A stretch of 64,000 nucleotides of DNA from Azolla caroliniana. Taxonomy: Eukaryota; Plantae; Polypodiophyta. Below, piece by piece: positions 36,361 to 49,900 of the stretch. The DNA lies in assembly GCA_043228905.1 (NCBI GenBank), contig JBHGNT010000010.1, positions 18,042,001-18,106,000 of the forward strand. Reading direction: 5' to 3'. The position numbers were made by a program, and so were the translations under genes. Under the pieces are notes generated by a model, which ran no database searches, was not told where the DNA came from, and worked only from the letters and a program-made list of their open reading frames with translations. The first letter of the stretch is position 1. The number at the start of each line of letters is the position of its first letter.

Positions 36361-38271
36361 TACCCTATGAAAGACCAATCACACAATTGACTAAACAATT
36401 GTTATTAATGTGTTGTAATGAGGTCACCAAGGTCATGGCTCTACTCTGGGCAAACATAAATAGACTACTTAAATCCAAAATATACAAGATAATGCTCCTA
36501 TGACACAAACAATTTGCACTTGCCACTTTATACAAGGTGTGGCCAACTATCGATCAACTACATGATATTATATTCTTGCCAGTTGTCATTGATGCATTGC
36601 CTCTAGTTATGGTTTCAAAAGTTCTTTCAAATTGTTCACATCCTACCAAATGATGTTGAACCATTTCAAATATATTTTGCACAAATGCATGTTTTGGCTC
36701 CATGGGTGATATGCTTCACTCACAATTGACTAAACCCAAGGTTAGCATGCATTAAGCCTTTTGTCTTTTTTAAGTTCACTACAAACTATGTTTGTTAAGT
36801 CTCTCATGATATTGAAAGACACATTAATAGTCTTCCTTTTTATTGCCTTTACATTCTTCAATGTATGTATATGTTTTATGGGTTTTCTTTCACGTGCAAT
36901 ATTAGGCATTCTTAAAAGAATTTCTCACATGTTTAAAGTACATTATGCATTCAATAGGTATATTGTATATTATTATATGAGATATTGAATATGATTTATA
37001 AACTCGTAGTGAATCAACATCACCATCTTCTTAACTTTGTATTCAAATGAAGTGAAATGAAACAAGTGAGAGAGACAAATGAAATCAATTAAAATGGTAT
37101 ATTAACATTTCAAGAAAGGCCAAGTTTGCGCATTCAAGGTAGGTATTAGGTATATTATTGATGTTTACGGGATACTAAATATGATTGATGAGGCCAACCC
37201 CATGTTGAATCATCCTTGTGACACGTGAGATAAAAAGTTATTTGCATTTGAATCTTACAGAACGTATAGCACCAAAACTAGGTATTGACCATATTTAAAG
37301 TAGGTTCTTGTAACACACAATGATATAAGGACCATGGATACAAGTAATATGGAGGATACAAGCCATAGAAAATAAATACGTGTATGAAAAAGTTAGTGCA
37401 TGATAGGAGTGACACATTAAATCTCCCTCATAATATGTCAATGTAAGTCCATAGTGAATTGCTTGAAGATCGTGCTCGATCTCAAGCGATGATACTATGT
37501 ACCCTTTGATGTATGCAAATTATTCCACGTGATGAATCACATATTGCAAGCCAAATAGATGACTCTATGATGCAATATCCATCTATGTGTTATTGGTTGT
37601 GCTTTTGTCATGAGGTCTCTTGAAATGAAATTTGGCACCTCCCTAAGCATGAACTCTAATGGTTGTTTGATCATAAGCGGATGGCCCTATGTAAATCTAC
37701 AAATGTCTCACCGAAAAACAATCTAAACTTACATGATCATTGAAGTTGATGGGACATGAGAGAATGACTTAGAAATCTCTCTAAAGCATGTTTTATTTAC
37801 TACGGTTGAGAATCAAGCTCAACCTATTCTAGTGTGTGAACACACCCTTTGAGAATCTAGGAGCACTCAAAGGTCAAAAGTCACCACTAGTGTTGCCTTT
37901 TGATGGCCGTTTTGATCGCTTTTGGCAAATTTAACCATATATGAAGGTTAATTTGAAAATGAAACTGTCAATCTTGATGGGCATATATTTTATAGAAACG
38001 TAAAAATGAAGGTTTAAACTTTGTTAATACCGTCAAATTTTGCTAAGGCCAAAACAATAGTATATGTATTTAAATTAGTAGATACAAATTACAATTCATA
38101 GGCTATAGCATATAGTTTTATTTGAGAAAGATAAATGTGTAAACATATGTTATGTGATAAAGGAGAAGAAGTGCTCGGACATATGCATATTGTGAAAATA
38201 AACATAGTGCTTCTTCTACTTTCAGCCCATTCCTCTCTTTTCTTTTTCTTTTTCTTTTTTTTTTGGTAAAT

Positions 38272-38302
<31 letters not shown>

Positions 38303-41300
38303 CACTTGCTTCTACTTCTTTCTTGATTTCTCTCTCGCGCTCTCCCTTGCTTTGATCAAGTTGTAATTCTTTCTTTCTTTCTCTCTCTCTCTCTCCACTT
38401 GCTTCTACTTCTTTCTTGATTTCTCTCTCATGCTCTCTCTTGCTTTGATCAAGTTGTAATTCTTTCTTTCTTTCTTTCTTCTCAAGTTCTTTACTTTGAT
38501 CAAGTTGTACTTTGTTCTTTCTTTCTTTTCCCACCCTCTCTCTCACACACAAGTTATAATTGATCATTGATGGAATACATCATCCACAACTTTGCATCTC
38601 TACTTCTCTTCGGTAAGTGATCTCTTTCCTCTCTATGATATTGTGTCTTTGTGTTATATATTTTTTAGCAAAATATATGGAAAATAATTTAGTTCAAGAC
38701 AAACTAAACAAGATGTTACATGTTCTATAGAAAATCAAGGTGTTTAAAAATATAATAGATTTTTAGTTATGGCTACTTATCATATGTTATGTGATAATCA
38801 ATTAGGTACTTAGATAAGCTTGTGAGTTTTCGGTTAGAGGAGTGCATCTACAACTTTGTACCTTAACAAGTACTCAACGTGTTACCTCTCATACTCTTTC
38901 CGGTAACATGCATGCTCTCTCTTTATTATTTTGATTGAAAGAAAATTTTGTGGGGATTTTAATTAATATTTGGTTTAATGTCAACTTAAACATTGTCATA
39001 TTTTCAAATTATTTTACAAAATATCTTTGGTTATAATCCACTTCAAAAGAATCCTTTATTCTATTAATTCTTGTACTCTATCAATTTTTTGTTTGTTTGT
39101 AAAATGTTCTCTATCCATAATTTTACATAATCCATTTCTTATTGTGCAGCATAATTATGGCTTTCAAATGCAAAAATCAACGGACCAGTAGTGCAATGTT
39201 TGCATGGAAACCACCAAATGATACAAATGAGATAGATATAAACAATGATTTAAATGAGGATGTGGAATTGTTTGGGATTGATTTAGAGAGTTTAACTCAA
39301 GAGAGTTGTTCCTCTAAAATAACCAAAGAAAAGCCTAAAAGAAAATTTTGTGATGCATGGTGAGATAAATTCCCATGGATATGATGCATTATGCAAGGAG
39401 AGAAAACATTGATTAAATGTACATGGTGTGAGAAAATTCCTAGTCATGGGCCTTGGGTTGCTGGTTCTGGGTGTATTACTTTGCAACTTGATGCAATTTT
39501 GACCCATGTTAACTCAAGTGGCCATAAATTATGTGCATCAAAGTGGGATATGTGATGTTAAAGGGAAAGTAATGTCCATCCCAAAGCATGTATTGCAATT
39601 AGATGATATTAATAAAAATAAGGTCATAACAACAATGAAACTCATGTACTTTATTGCAAAAAAAGATTTGTTTATCGCTACATACCAAGAATTATGTGAT
39701 TTGGTTGTGCTACTAGAGGTGCCTAATATGCCTAAGCAACATGATTATATATCTTATACTAGTAGATATGGAGGATATTAATTTTTGGTTGCCTTTGAGA
39801 AATATCTTCTAGAAATTCAAAGCTCAAACCTAATAAATTCCCCATACTACTCTTTGTGCTAGATGGAAGTACCGACAATGGATTAGAGTTCCACCTCATT
39901 GTGTATGTTACATACTTGCAATGTGGTGGTCGTGGGCCTAAGGAAACTGAATATATGCGTTTGTTGAAAATTCCCAATGGTAAAGGTAGAATTATATATG
40001 AACATATTAAGCATGTATTAGGTGATCGATGCCTCAACATGAACAAGTTGATTGGATTAGCCACAGATGGTGCGTTATCAATGATTGGTAGTGAAATTGG
40101 AACAGTAACATTAATGAAAAATGATATCCCAATTTTGGTTGGTGTACATTGTATTTCTCATAGAGAAGCATTGGTTATTTTAGATGTATCTAGAGATATC
40201 CTTGAGCTCATTCTTGTAGAAAAAATTGCAAATAAGTTATATGCATAGGCTAACAATAGTACCAAAAGGACACTTGAAATTTTAGAGCTCTTGGAGCAAA
40301 TGCAATTGGATGCTCATAGACCCTTACAAATTCATAATATTCGTTGGTTGTCACATGGTCAAGTCATGGAAAGACTAGTGAGTATAATGCTTGCAATACT
40401 TACTATTTGGAAGAAAGAGAACTTAAAAGAGTGGTATAATAAAGCTTGTATCTATAGTGTACAATTTTGCTTTTGTATGATGGTTAATGTGTTGCATTTG
40501 ATGAAATATTTTGAGCTTGAAACTTCAAAAAGAGAATTTGGATGTAACTTCAATTGATGCAGAAATTGATATTACTATTTCTAATTTGTGGAGATCTTTC
40601 TTGAGAAATGACACATTTGCGGATGGAACAATGTATTTATCCAAGTTCTTAAGATGTTCTAAAGTTGGGTTTTTGGAAATAGAGGATAAAGATGGCATTA
40701 CATATAGACATGACCTATACTTCAAACAAAATCCCATGGATAAAGCAAGTCACAATTATATGAATCCCAATATTGCAAAATCTAAGGGAATGAGGCCATT
40801 TATAGATGGATCACTTGAAAGTTGTATTAAACTATCACAAGATTATGTGCAAAAAGATTATTGATGGACTAAATGCAAGGTTCCCTAACTTACGCCTCTT
40901 AAATGCCGCAAAATTATTCCGGCCATGCCATTATGCATATGATGATGTGATTAAGGATAGTAAAGCAAAGACATGGTTGGGGATTTTGATTTCTCACTAT
41001 TGCCCGTATTGGTGTACGGGAGGGTTAAGGTGTAATGTGTATGGTGTATGGTGTATGGTGTGTAAGGTCGTCTCTTCCACCCACATGGCAGCGTGTTTCA
41101 TGGGGAACAATGGAAGGGTCTCTCGCATGCTCTGTTCGGTCTGCCATCATGCTCTACTAACAATCTGCCTATGTCATGACCATGTCCACTATAATGTTAA
41201 TGGTGGTGGAAGTGATGAGAATGGTAACGGTAATGTCGATGAAGGTGATGATGCAATTAGTGAAGATGGTGCGGATGATGATGAAAGTCTACATGGAGGA

Positions 41301-41416
41301 GGAGAAGAAGAAGAAGAAGAAGAATGAGAAGCAACGGCCAGGAAGACAGACAAAGACCATGGGGTTGAGCAATTACTTGGTAGGCATCCTAAATTTCCTG
41401 ACCTTCCTGCGCTCCA

Positions 41417-44400
41417 TGTTGTAGAGGAGGCCGTGTCAATGCGGAAGATCAAATAGCAATCGATTGAGGTTGAGTACCTGCGTATGACAGAATCGAAGAT
41501 CGTGCACAGAGAGAGAGAGAGAGAGACACACACAAAAGACTTTTTATTCAAAATAGAAACAATAATACAACCAACCTTACAAAAAGGTTACAAGGTCACT
41601 ATATATAGTGACCGACTTAGGGCAACTACCATTTATGCTAATTACACAAATGGCCCAAACTTGATCTATACAAAGGGATAGTGTGAATACGTCCATTATA
41701 CACTTGTATTCGACACTCCCCCGTAATGGGCGTATACATGGGTTATCTAAGATTACAGGTATAAACCTAGGTTCTCGGACATATCAGTTTTGTTCGAGTC
41801 GGCAGGGTCGGAAGAGTTGAAGCCGATCATTAGGGAACTGATGTCGGTTGTCTGAAACCATCCTGCGCTGTGTCCGGCTCTAACCGGACTGGTTTGTCGT
41901 TACGCCCATCTGATGCCGAAGGGACCGAAAGCGGTCTGCCGAAAGACACTTGGTCGTTCCATCTGCGACATTGTCGGTTGTGGATATTTTCTCTAGACCG
42001 ATTTTCCCTGAAATGACGCAGTCCCGAACGAAGTGATATCGAACGTCGATATGTTTGGAGGCGTTGTGGTGAACCGGATTTCTCGACAAGGCAACAGCAC
42101 CTTGACTGTCGCTATAGACGACTGGAGCCGAGTCATGGTCGACTTGCCGAAACGTGTGCGCCAGCCGGCCGAGCCACAAAGCTTCTTTTGCAGCGTCGGA
42201 CGCAGCTACATATTCTGCTTCGGTCGTTGAGGTCGTTGTGCACTCCTGAAGTTTCGACTTCCACGAAATTGCTCCATTGCCGAATTTGAAGCAGTATCCG
42301 GTTGTTGATTTCCGACTGTCTATACAGCCGGCGAAGTCCGAGTCGGTGTAACCGACTACGCCTGAGGTTGAGTTCGGACCGAAAAGAATGCCGTGATCTT
42401 TTGTGCCAGCCAGATATTTGAACACATGCTTGACTGCGTTCCAATGCGATCGGCCAGGATTGTGCATAAATCTGCTAACGACTCCTACGGCATGAGAGAT
42501 ATCAGGCCGTGTCGCGACCATCAGGTACATAAGGGAGCCGACTGCCGGTGCATACGGTACCGACTTCATATCTTCCCCCTCCGGACCGGATGTCGGGCAG
42601 TCTTGCTGAGAGAGCCGAAGATTCATGGGGAGCGGGGTTGAAGCAGATTTGGCTGATTTCATGTTGAAGCGTTCCAAGACACGTCCGATATAGTCGGTCT
42701 GAGACAAAAAAAGGTGTCGTTTATTGCGATGCCGACTAATCTTCATGCCAAGTATGTGTCGTGCCGGACCGAGGTCCTTCATGGCAAACTTCAACCGCAG
42801 TTGCTGAATGAGATCGGCAAGTTCGCCCGCGTGGCGTCCAGAAATTAGCATGTCGTCCACGTAAATGATGAGAAAGATGGGTGATCCATCTTGAGCTGTG
42901 TTGGTAAAAAGACAATGGTCCTCATCGCTTTTTGAGAAGCCGATCGATTGGATGAAGTCGTCGAACTTCTTGTACCATTGTCGCGGTGCCTGTTTGAGGC
43001 CGTATAGACTCTTCCTGAGTCGGCAGACTAGATGTTCTTGGCCAGTGGCCACGAAGCCTTTTGGCTGCTCCATATAAATTTCCTCTTCAAGATCACCATG
43101 GAGGAAGGTTGTTTTGACATCTAGCTGAATCAGCTCCAAGTTGTCGGCTGCCACTACGCCGAGTAGAAAACGAAGGGTTGTCATTTTCACCACTGGTGAA
43201 AAAATCTCGTCGAAGTCGACGCCATATTCTTGTCGGAAGCCCTTCGCAACTAATCTGGCCTTGTACTTTGGGGTGGTCGAATCAGACGTCTCTTTTAGTC
43301 GATAGACCCACTTGCAAGGAAGAGCACGTCGATTCTTAGGTAATTCGACCAGATCCCAAGTCTTGTTTGCCCGAATGGAGTGCATTTCCGACTCCATTGC
43401 CAGATGCCAGGTGGCTGAATCAACAGACGTCGATGCTTCTTCGTAAGACGTCGGTTCGTCGGCGTCGGTGAAGAAAATTCCAGGAGAATACCTCTCCGGA
43501 GGTTGCGACAGTCTCTCGGATCGTCGAGGTATGATTGGACTGGTCGCATCGGGTATCGAGGTCGGATGGTCCGAAAGCGAATTATTCGGTTGTGCCGAGT
43601 CAGAGTTGTCCGAGTCGGTGGTGTAAGGTTCAGCTACCCGTGAAGCTGACCGTGTGTTAAGAGCGGGGCCTTCTTGAAGGGTCGGCACATCGGAAAATGT
43701 TACCCTTCGAACTTCGATCGGTTTTTCGACTGATGGATTCATAGCCGACTCGTTGAACACAACGTCCGAACTTCGAACGATTTGTCTGCGTTCGGGGTCC
43801 CAGAGTCGGTATCCCATTTCGCCGTCTGATCCATATCCAAGGAAAATGCATTTCCTGGACCGAGGTGCAAGTTTTCGGCGATCATCTTTCGGAATAAGGG
43901 CGTACGCCTCGCATCCGAAGATCCTCAGCTTGTCGTAATTCGGCTTACTGCCGATCCATAGTTCCTGAGGAATTTGAAGTCCTAGAGGTCTACTTGGCGA
44001 CATATTGATTATGTGTACTGCCGTGAGTAGAGCCTCTGCCCAGAAGCCATCCGACAGTCCGGAGTGTTGGAGCATGGAAACTATCCATTCTTGGATTGTC
44101 CGATTCATTCGTTCTGCAATCCCGTTTTGCTCCGGACTGTGTGGTGCCGTAAATTCACGTCGGATGCCGCGTTGTCGGCAGAATTTGACGAATTCTTCTG
44201 ATTTGAACTCTCCCCCATTGTCGGTCCGAAAGCATTTCAGTTTTCGGTCAGTTTGATTTTCTACCATAGCGAGCCAGTCGGAGAAGATCGAGAAGACACG
44301 ATCTTTGGTGCGAATTGGATAAGCCCACACCTTTCGAGTCGAATCATCAATAAAACTGACGAAGTAAGAGGCACCGCCGAGAGACTGATGCGGCATTGGG

Positions 44401-46907
44401 CCACAGACGTCCGAGTGGACTAAATCGAGAGGTCTCGTTTCTCTTGGTGCTGATGTCGGGTGTGATGCGGCTGCTTGTTTGCCATACTGGCAATGCTCGC
44501 AGAATTGATGGTCCGAGAAGGAGAGTTTAGGGATGTATCCGGCTCTAGATAGGTGCGTAATGCCGGCCTTGCTGAGGTGTCCTAATCTTCTGTGCCATAG
44601 TGATGACACAGGAATATCCACCAAAAACAGGTTACCCTCTCTGAGCGTAACATGTAACGGATATAGTGAGTGTATCTTGGGTCCTCTAGCAAGCAGGAGG
44701 TTCCCCCTGTGGAGTGTCCACCCTCCCGAAGAAAAACCAGCACGAATGCCGTCTTCATCTAGTTGTCCGACTGAGATCAATGGCCTTGAGAGCTCGGGTA
44801 CATGTCGGACATTGTGAAGTACAAGTGTGGAGCCACCTGCAAGGTTGAGCTCTACTGTGCCGATTCCAATGATGTCACAGTGTTGCGAGTTGCCGACTCA
44901 AACTGAGTCGGAGTGACGAATCGTATATTGCCGAAATTGGGATCGATGAGGAGTCACGTGAAATGACGCGCCCGAATCTAAGAGCCATGTGCTCGATTCT
45001 TCAGTCGTGAGCAGAACTTCTGAGCCGACTGGATTTTCGATTGATAGTATATTCGGGTCGTTTGGTAGCACATCAGCTGAGAAGCTGACGTAATTGATCT
45101 CCTCATGCCGGCCACTCTTCTTGTCTGATTTCTGAGACTTGTCGTTCTTGTTCTTGAGTGCGCGGCAGTCGGCTTTGATGTGTCCGGGTTTCTTGCAATA
45201 GTTGCAGATTCGATTATCCCGTGACTGGCTCCGTCTTCGCTGATTGTTCGGCTGCCGTGAGGAATCTCTTCCTCGTATGTTCGATCGGTCTGTCGAACCT
45301 TGTACTACATAAGCGTCGTCTGTTGAGTCTTTGGCGAAAGACTTTCTCCGAGCTGCTTCGGTCAGGATTGCGCTCGTGACTTCGGAGTATTTAACAGCCG
45401 TGGTTGACGCGTTGCACACGGTTGTGACGAAAGTTTCCCATGATGAGGGAAGGCTACTCATGAGTATCATTGCTCTGAGTTCATCCTCGATTGCCGTCCC
45501 CTGAGATGAGATTTGGGAGCTTATGCTTTCGTACTCATTGAGATGTGCTTGAACCGAATCGGATTCTTTCATCCGCAAGTTGTAGAGGCGCCGGATCAGA
45601 AACATCTTCGTTGCAGCGACCTTCTTTTCGTAGGTGTCCGACAGTGTTTTCCACAGTTCGAATGCTGTCGTACACGATTGCACCGTAAAGTATACCGATT
45701 CCGATAGGTGCATCCGAATCGTGGCGCGGACGATTCTGTCCAGCTTCTGCCACTCAATTGGTTTGTATCCTTCTGGAGGTTCTTCATTTTCGATGGGATC
45801 GATTTGCCCCTTGACTATGAGATAGTCCTGCATTTGCTCCTTCCAGAAGTTGAAGTTCGATCCATCAAACTTTCGTAGACTCATTTCTGACGAGCCGGAT
45901 GTTGATGCCATCAAATTTGGTTTCGGTTGACGAAGCTCGGTTCGGAGTTGACTACGAACCTTGTTGGAGTGCAGCCGGTTGGCTCACCCGATATCGTTCT
46001 AGTCGGATTTGAACCCGAGTCGGTTCGGCTTCGGATATATGTATTGTTGAACTTGCTCGAATTGACTCCGGTAACTTGAGGGACAGAACCGACTGGTCTT
46101 CCCGAATGTTGCCGAGTCGGAGTGAGCCCGGTTCGCTTCCGAATATATATGCCAAATACCGATTATTGAAACCGATTGTTTGGACCGATTCTGCTTCGGG
46201 TGACTGCAGCGATGAGAGAGACGGATCCAACTGATCCTCCCGAATGTCGATCAGCCAGATGAAGCACGAATTTGGGTTGTTGTCTTGAGACCGATCTGCA
46301 CCGAGTGGTTACAATGAGCGGCGAGCAGCGTTTGATGACCTCTTCGGATGCTGTTTAACCGAGTGGAGCACGATCGTGTCAATGTTGCACAAGGGGATTT
46401 CACCTCGAGCGGTTACGATCACAAGGAACAGAGTACAACCGGCTGGCTTACTCCAAGCAAAGATGATCTAACGCGATGAGATGCAAGCCTCGTTTTTCTT
46501 CTTCTTCTCTCTTTTTCGAATGACTCAAGAAACCGAATGCTGTGCAGGCTGAGACGACGGCCGACAGCAGGTTGAAGGACCGAATATTGTGCAGGCTCTG
46601 ATACCAGATGTTGTAGAGGAGGCCGTGTCAATGCGGAAGATCAAATAGCAATCGATTGAGGTTGAGTACCTGCGTATGACAGAATCGAAGATCGTGCACA
46701 GAGAGAGAGAGAGAGAGACACACACAAAAGACTTTTTATTCAAAATAGAAACAATAATACAACCAACCTTACAAAAAGGTTACAAGGTCACTATATATAG
46801 TGACCGACTTAGGGCAACTACCATTTATGCTAATTACACAAATGGCCCAAACTTGATCTATACAAAGGGATAGTGTGAATACGTCCATTATACACTTGTA
46901 TTCGACA
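41417..46907 (-). mobile_element. Full-length young Ty1/copia element with identical 299-bp LTRs
   Basis: LTRs 41417-41715 and 46609-46907, no difference seen by eye; TSD CTCCA; PBS-iMet 46595-46606; PPT 41716-41722. Confidence 0.98.
41880..45911 (-). pseudogene. Gag-Pol polyprotein with one in-frame TGA (44898-44900) in the protease domain
   Basis: ORFs 44898-45914 and 41880-44780 are in the same frame; reads LLDSGASFH...HSDSV*VGNSQHCDIIGIG; integrase, RT (YVDD) and RNase H intact. Confidence 0.93.
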
Positions 46908-49900
46908 CTCCATACCCATCATAGTAGTTGGGGATGGCTTGCAAATCACCACAACAAAGAGTGCTAAAAGTACCTGCAGGGTCCGACCATAGGCATCAGA
47001 GTTTTTCATCTTGGTCGTGTCACTCATGGCCTCCCTTTGGATCATGCTTCTAGAAGAGGTTCCTCCTGTGGTTCTACCTCATGGTCATACTCCTCCTGCT
47101 CATCCTCTTGCTCTTCTGCTTCACGATTTTGCATTTGTCGTGACCAACAAGGCTGCATGCCAGGGCGACAAGGAGTATCGGCTCGATGGAGAAGCTAAGT
47201 AGTCCATTTACAACCTTGTTCTGCCTTCAAAGAATCATGACTTCAAAGATGATGATGCATCAGAATGGTCCTTGTATGTAAATTTAGGGTCCCCTGAGGT
47301 AGAGAAAGAAGGATCAGATGCATGGTTCCTCCCTTCCTTCTTGATGAAGAGATCAGCGCCATTGCCGCATGAGTATAAGTACTGATTTGATAATAACCTC
47401 ACACAGGGAGGATCAAGAGTTCAAGAATCATCAAAGACGTAGCACATGCAATCAAGGTAGTATTGCAACAATTGGATGTTCAATCTAGAGATCGTGACCG
47501 AGAGCATGATCATGAGAATGATTATGAGCATGATCTCAAATCTGCATCAATCTCACATAAGCAACACCTCTGAGATCCCACATGGTGCGATCAATTGAGA
47601 TGATCGAGGTGAGGTTAACCAATGTGAGGAGACAATGTAAATAAGAAGTGAAGCATAGGCAAACGAAGAAGAAGAATGTGAGGAACAAGAGGTGAGAAGA
47701 AGAGAAGATACAGACAGAAACAAAGAAGATACAAATAGAGGAAAGAAAAAAACGAAACAAGAGAAGAAGTACATGACACTAAAAATGACAAGGGCATTGT
47801 GAGGGATTTCAAAAACTCAAGGGCATGTGACAGAAGTTCAAAAAACTAGAGGGTATGTGTGTGATCCAATCATGTGATATGTTGACCGAATAAGAAGGTT
47901 CGTGTCAAACTAGCTCTGATCGAAGTTATCAATCGTAAAGCAGTAATCCGGTCGAAGGATTACTGACCATGAGAGAAGAGAAGACCGATGGAATTCCGAT
48001 CAACAAAAGTTTTTGGCATTGGCTTGTGGGTTCAACATGCAATGCACAGTCCCACAGGCGTGCCAAGTGTTACCCATATTGGTGTACGGGAGGGTTAAGG
48101 TGTAAAGTGTATGGTGTGTAAGGTGTAAGGTGTGTAATATGTAATATGAATGAGTGTGTGAGGATGAGTATGTGTATGAACACATTCATATTTGTGTGCA
48201 TGTGTACAAAGGTGAGAAAGTGGGTGAGTAATGTAACTCCCTTCTTGTCTCATTCTTTATTTGTAATGGTTACCTCTTGTACTATATAAACCCCACCCAT
48301 GGGGTATAATGGGATAGAGCTTTTTCCCCTCTCATTTTGGTGTGTTTCTTTGTTTCACTTTCCTTCTCTCTCCCTCATAGTAATCCCCCTTGGGAGGGGG
48401 GTTCTAGGCTTCACCCCCCACCCAATAACACTCACTTACAACCAAATGTTGACGTCAATGCATGTGTTCAAATTTTGTATGATGCAAAGGTTTGTGAAAT
48501 GGAACTCTATAGGTTTGTTGACACTTTATGTTTAAATTGTGAAGGCTATCCTATGCATGAAGCTTGGCGTATGTTTTGCAAAATGAAGGATTGGCAAGTT
48601 AGTTTCCCGCATTTGATGAAATTATGGCGCGCTACTTTGGTTATTCCATCTAGCACAATTTCGTGTGAGAGAGGGCTCTCTAAGCAAAATCTCATCAAAG
48701 AGATGAAAAGATCAAAATCTATATAGAACATTTAGATAATTTAATGCGAGTTTCATTGAATGGGCCACACATTGAAGAAATACAATGGGATCATGTATAT
48801 GAAATCTGGAAAGATGTAAAGGATAGAAGGGTATCATATATTGTTTAGTACAAATATTCAATGTATTTACTTTTTGAAGGACAATTTTTTTGACAAACCG
48901 TCATTTGACGAGAAATTTTTTTGGAATACCTTTCTCATGACAGACAATGTTAGCCATCAAAAGACAACACTGGTCACCACTACTCTCTACACATTAACTA
49001 TGTGTCATAGAATCATATTCTATGACACATAACTAATGAGTTCCATATTCCCCATGACTAATGAGTCTTCACATTCTCCGAGGTTTTTTAGAGAGAATGT
49101 GTGTGTTGTAGTGAGTTAATGAAGAGAGATGGTGACCTTATATAAAGCACCCTCCTCCTACCTCATATAGAGTCGGTTGTTGTTCCTTGTAATGCTACAT
49201 TTTTGTACTAAATACTCCTTGTTAATATACACCTTCTTCTTGAGTACTTCATTTTTCTCTTATTTATCTTGTGTCTCTCTTCTCTCCCCTTCTCTCCTCT
49301 TTTCACATACACACACACATAACACACATCTTTTATGCTGCACAGAATCATATACGATTCTTTACATGGTATCAAAGCGATTTGGTAGCTCAATCTAGCT
49401 CATCTGCGTGTGTTGTGTCCTACGTTGATGTTCAAGAAGAACCGGCTCGTCTCTATTGTAGTTCCACTACATAGCTCGTGTTCGAGAGAGAAGGAAAAGA
49501 AGAAAGAAATCTACATAAACATAATGAATACTCAAATGGGTGGTGCTCTTCCTAACGAGAAGTTGGACAGAAACAACTTTGCATCTTAGGAGTACAAGAT
49601 GCACCAATACCTTCTCGGCCAAGGCTATTGGAGCTACATCAAAGGAGCACAAGAAAATCGACCCGGCCCAACGACTCCCGAATACTCAACATGAGAGCAA
49701 GCCGCAAGCCGAGTGATGTATTGCTTGGTGATGTGTGTCCATGACCACATGCTTGGCTACATTCGAGAAGCCAAGACACCAAAGGAAGCTTGGGAGAATC
49801 TCAAGAAAATATTTGTCGCCAATACGACGGCACAAAAGCTTCAACTCTGCCAAGAGTTGAACAACATCCAACAAAGGGATATGTCCATCACAAGCTACAC

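Larger units (their letters stand above)
40998..48430 (-). mobile_element. Internally deleted LTR element with tRNA-Arg-type PBS (probably Ty3/gypsy Tat-like, non-autonomous)
   Basis: TSD CTCAC (40993-40997 / 48431-48435); 5' LTR 48068-48430; 3' LTR remnant 40998-~41068; minus-strand TGGCACGCCTGTGGGAC next to the 5' LTR; no pol. Confidence 0.8.
39157..48848 (+). pseudogene. hAT transposase (ZNF862-like), interrupted at 40997/48431
   Basis: LDGSTD, ATDGA.SMIG, VHCISHR, IRWLS, C-terminal VIPSSTISCERGLSKQNLIK; frame rejoins across the insertion (ILISH|LQPNV); stops and frameshifts. Confidence 0.9.
37888..48972 (+). mobile_element. hAT-superfamily DNA transposon (~3.65 kb native length)
   Basis: 20-bp TIRs TAGTGTTGCCTTTTGATGGC / CAGTGTTGTCTTTTGATGGC (18/20); perfect 8-bp TSD GTCACCAC (37880-37887 / 48973-48980). 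Confidence 0.95.

Noticed and set aside
38118-38567. 149-aa charged ORF
   Set aside because: Translation of CT-rich repeats in the hAT 5' non-coding region.
44898-44900. Programmed gag-pol stop-codon readthrough
   Set aside because: The stop is inside the protease rather than at the gag end and lacks a CARYYA context; a CGA-to-TGA mutation is simpler.
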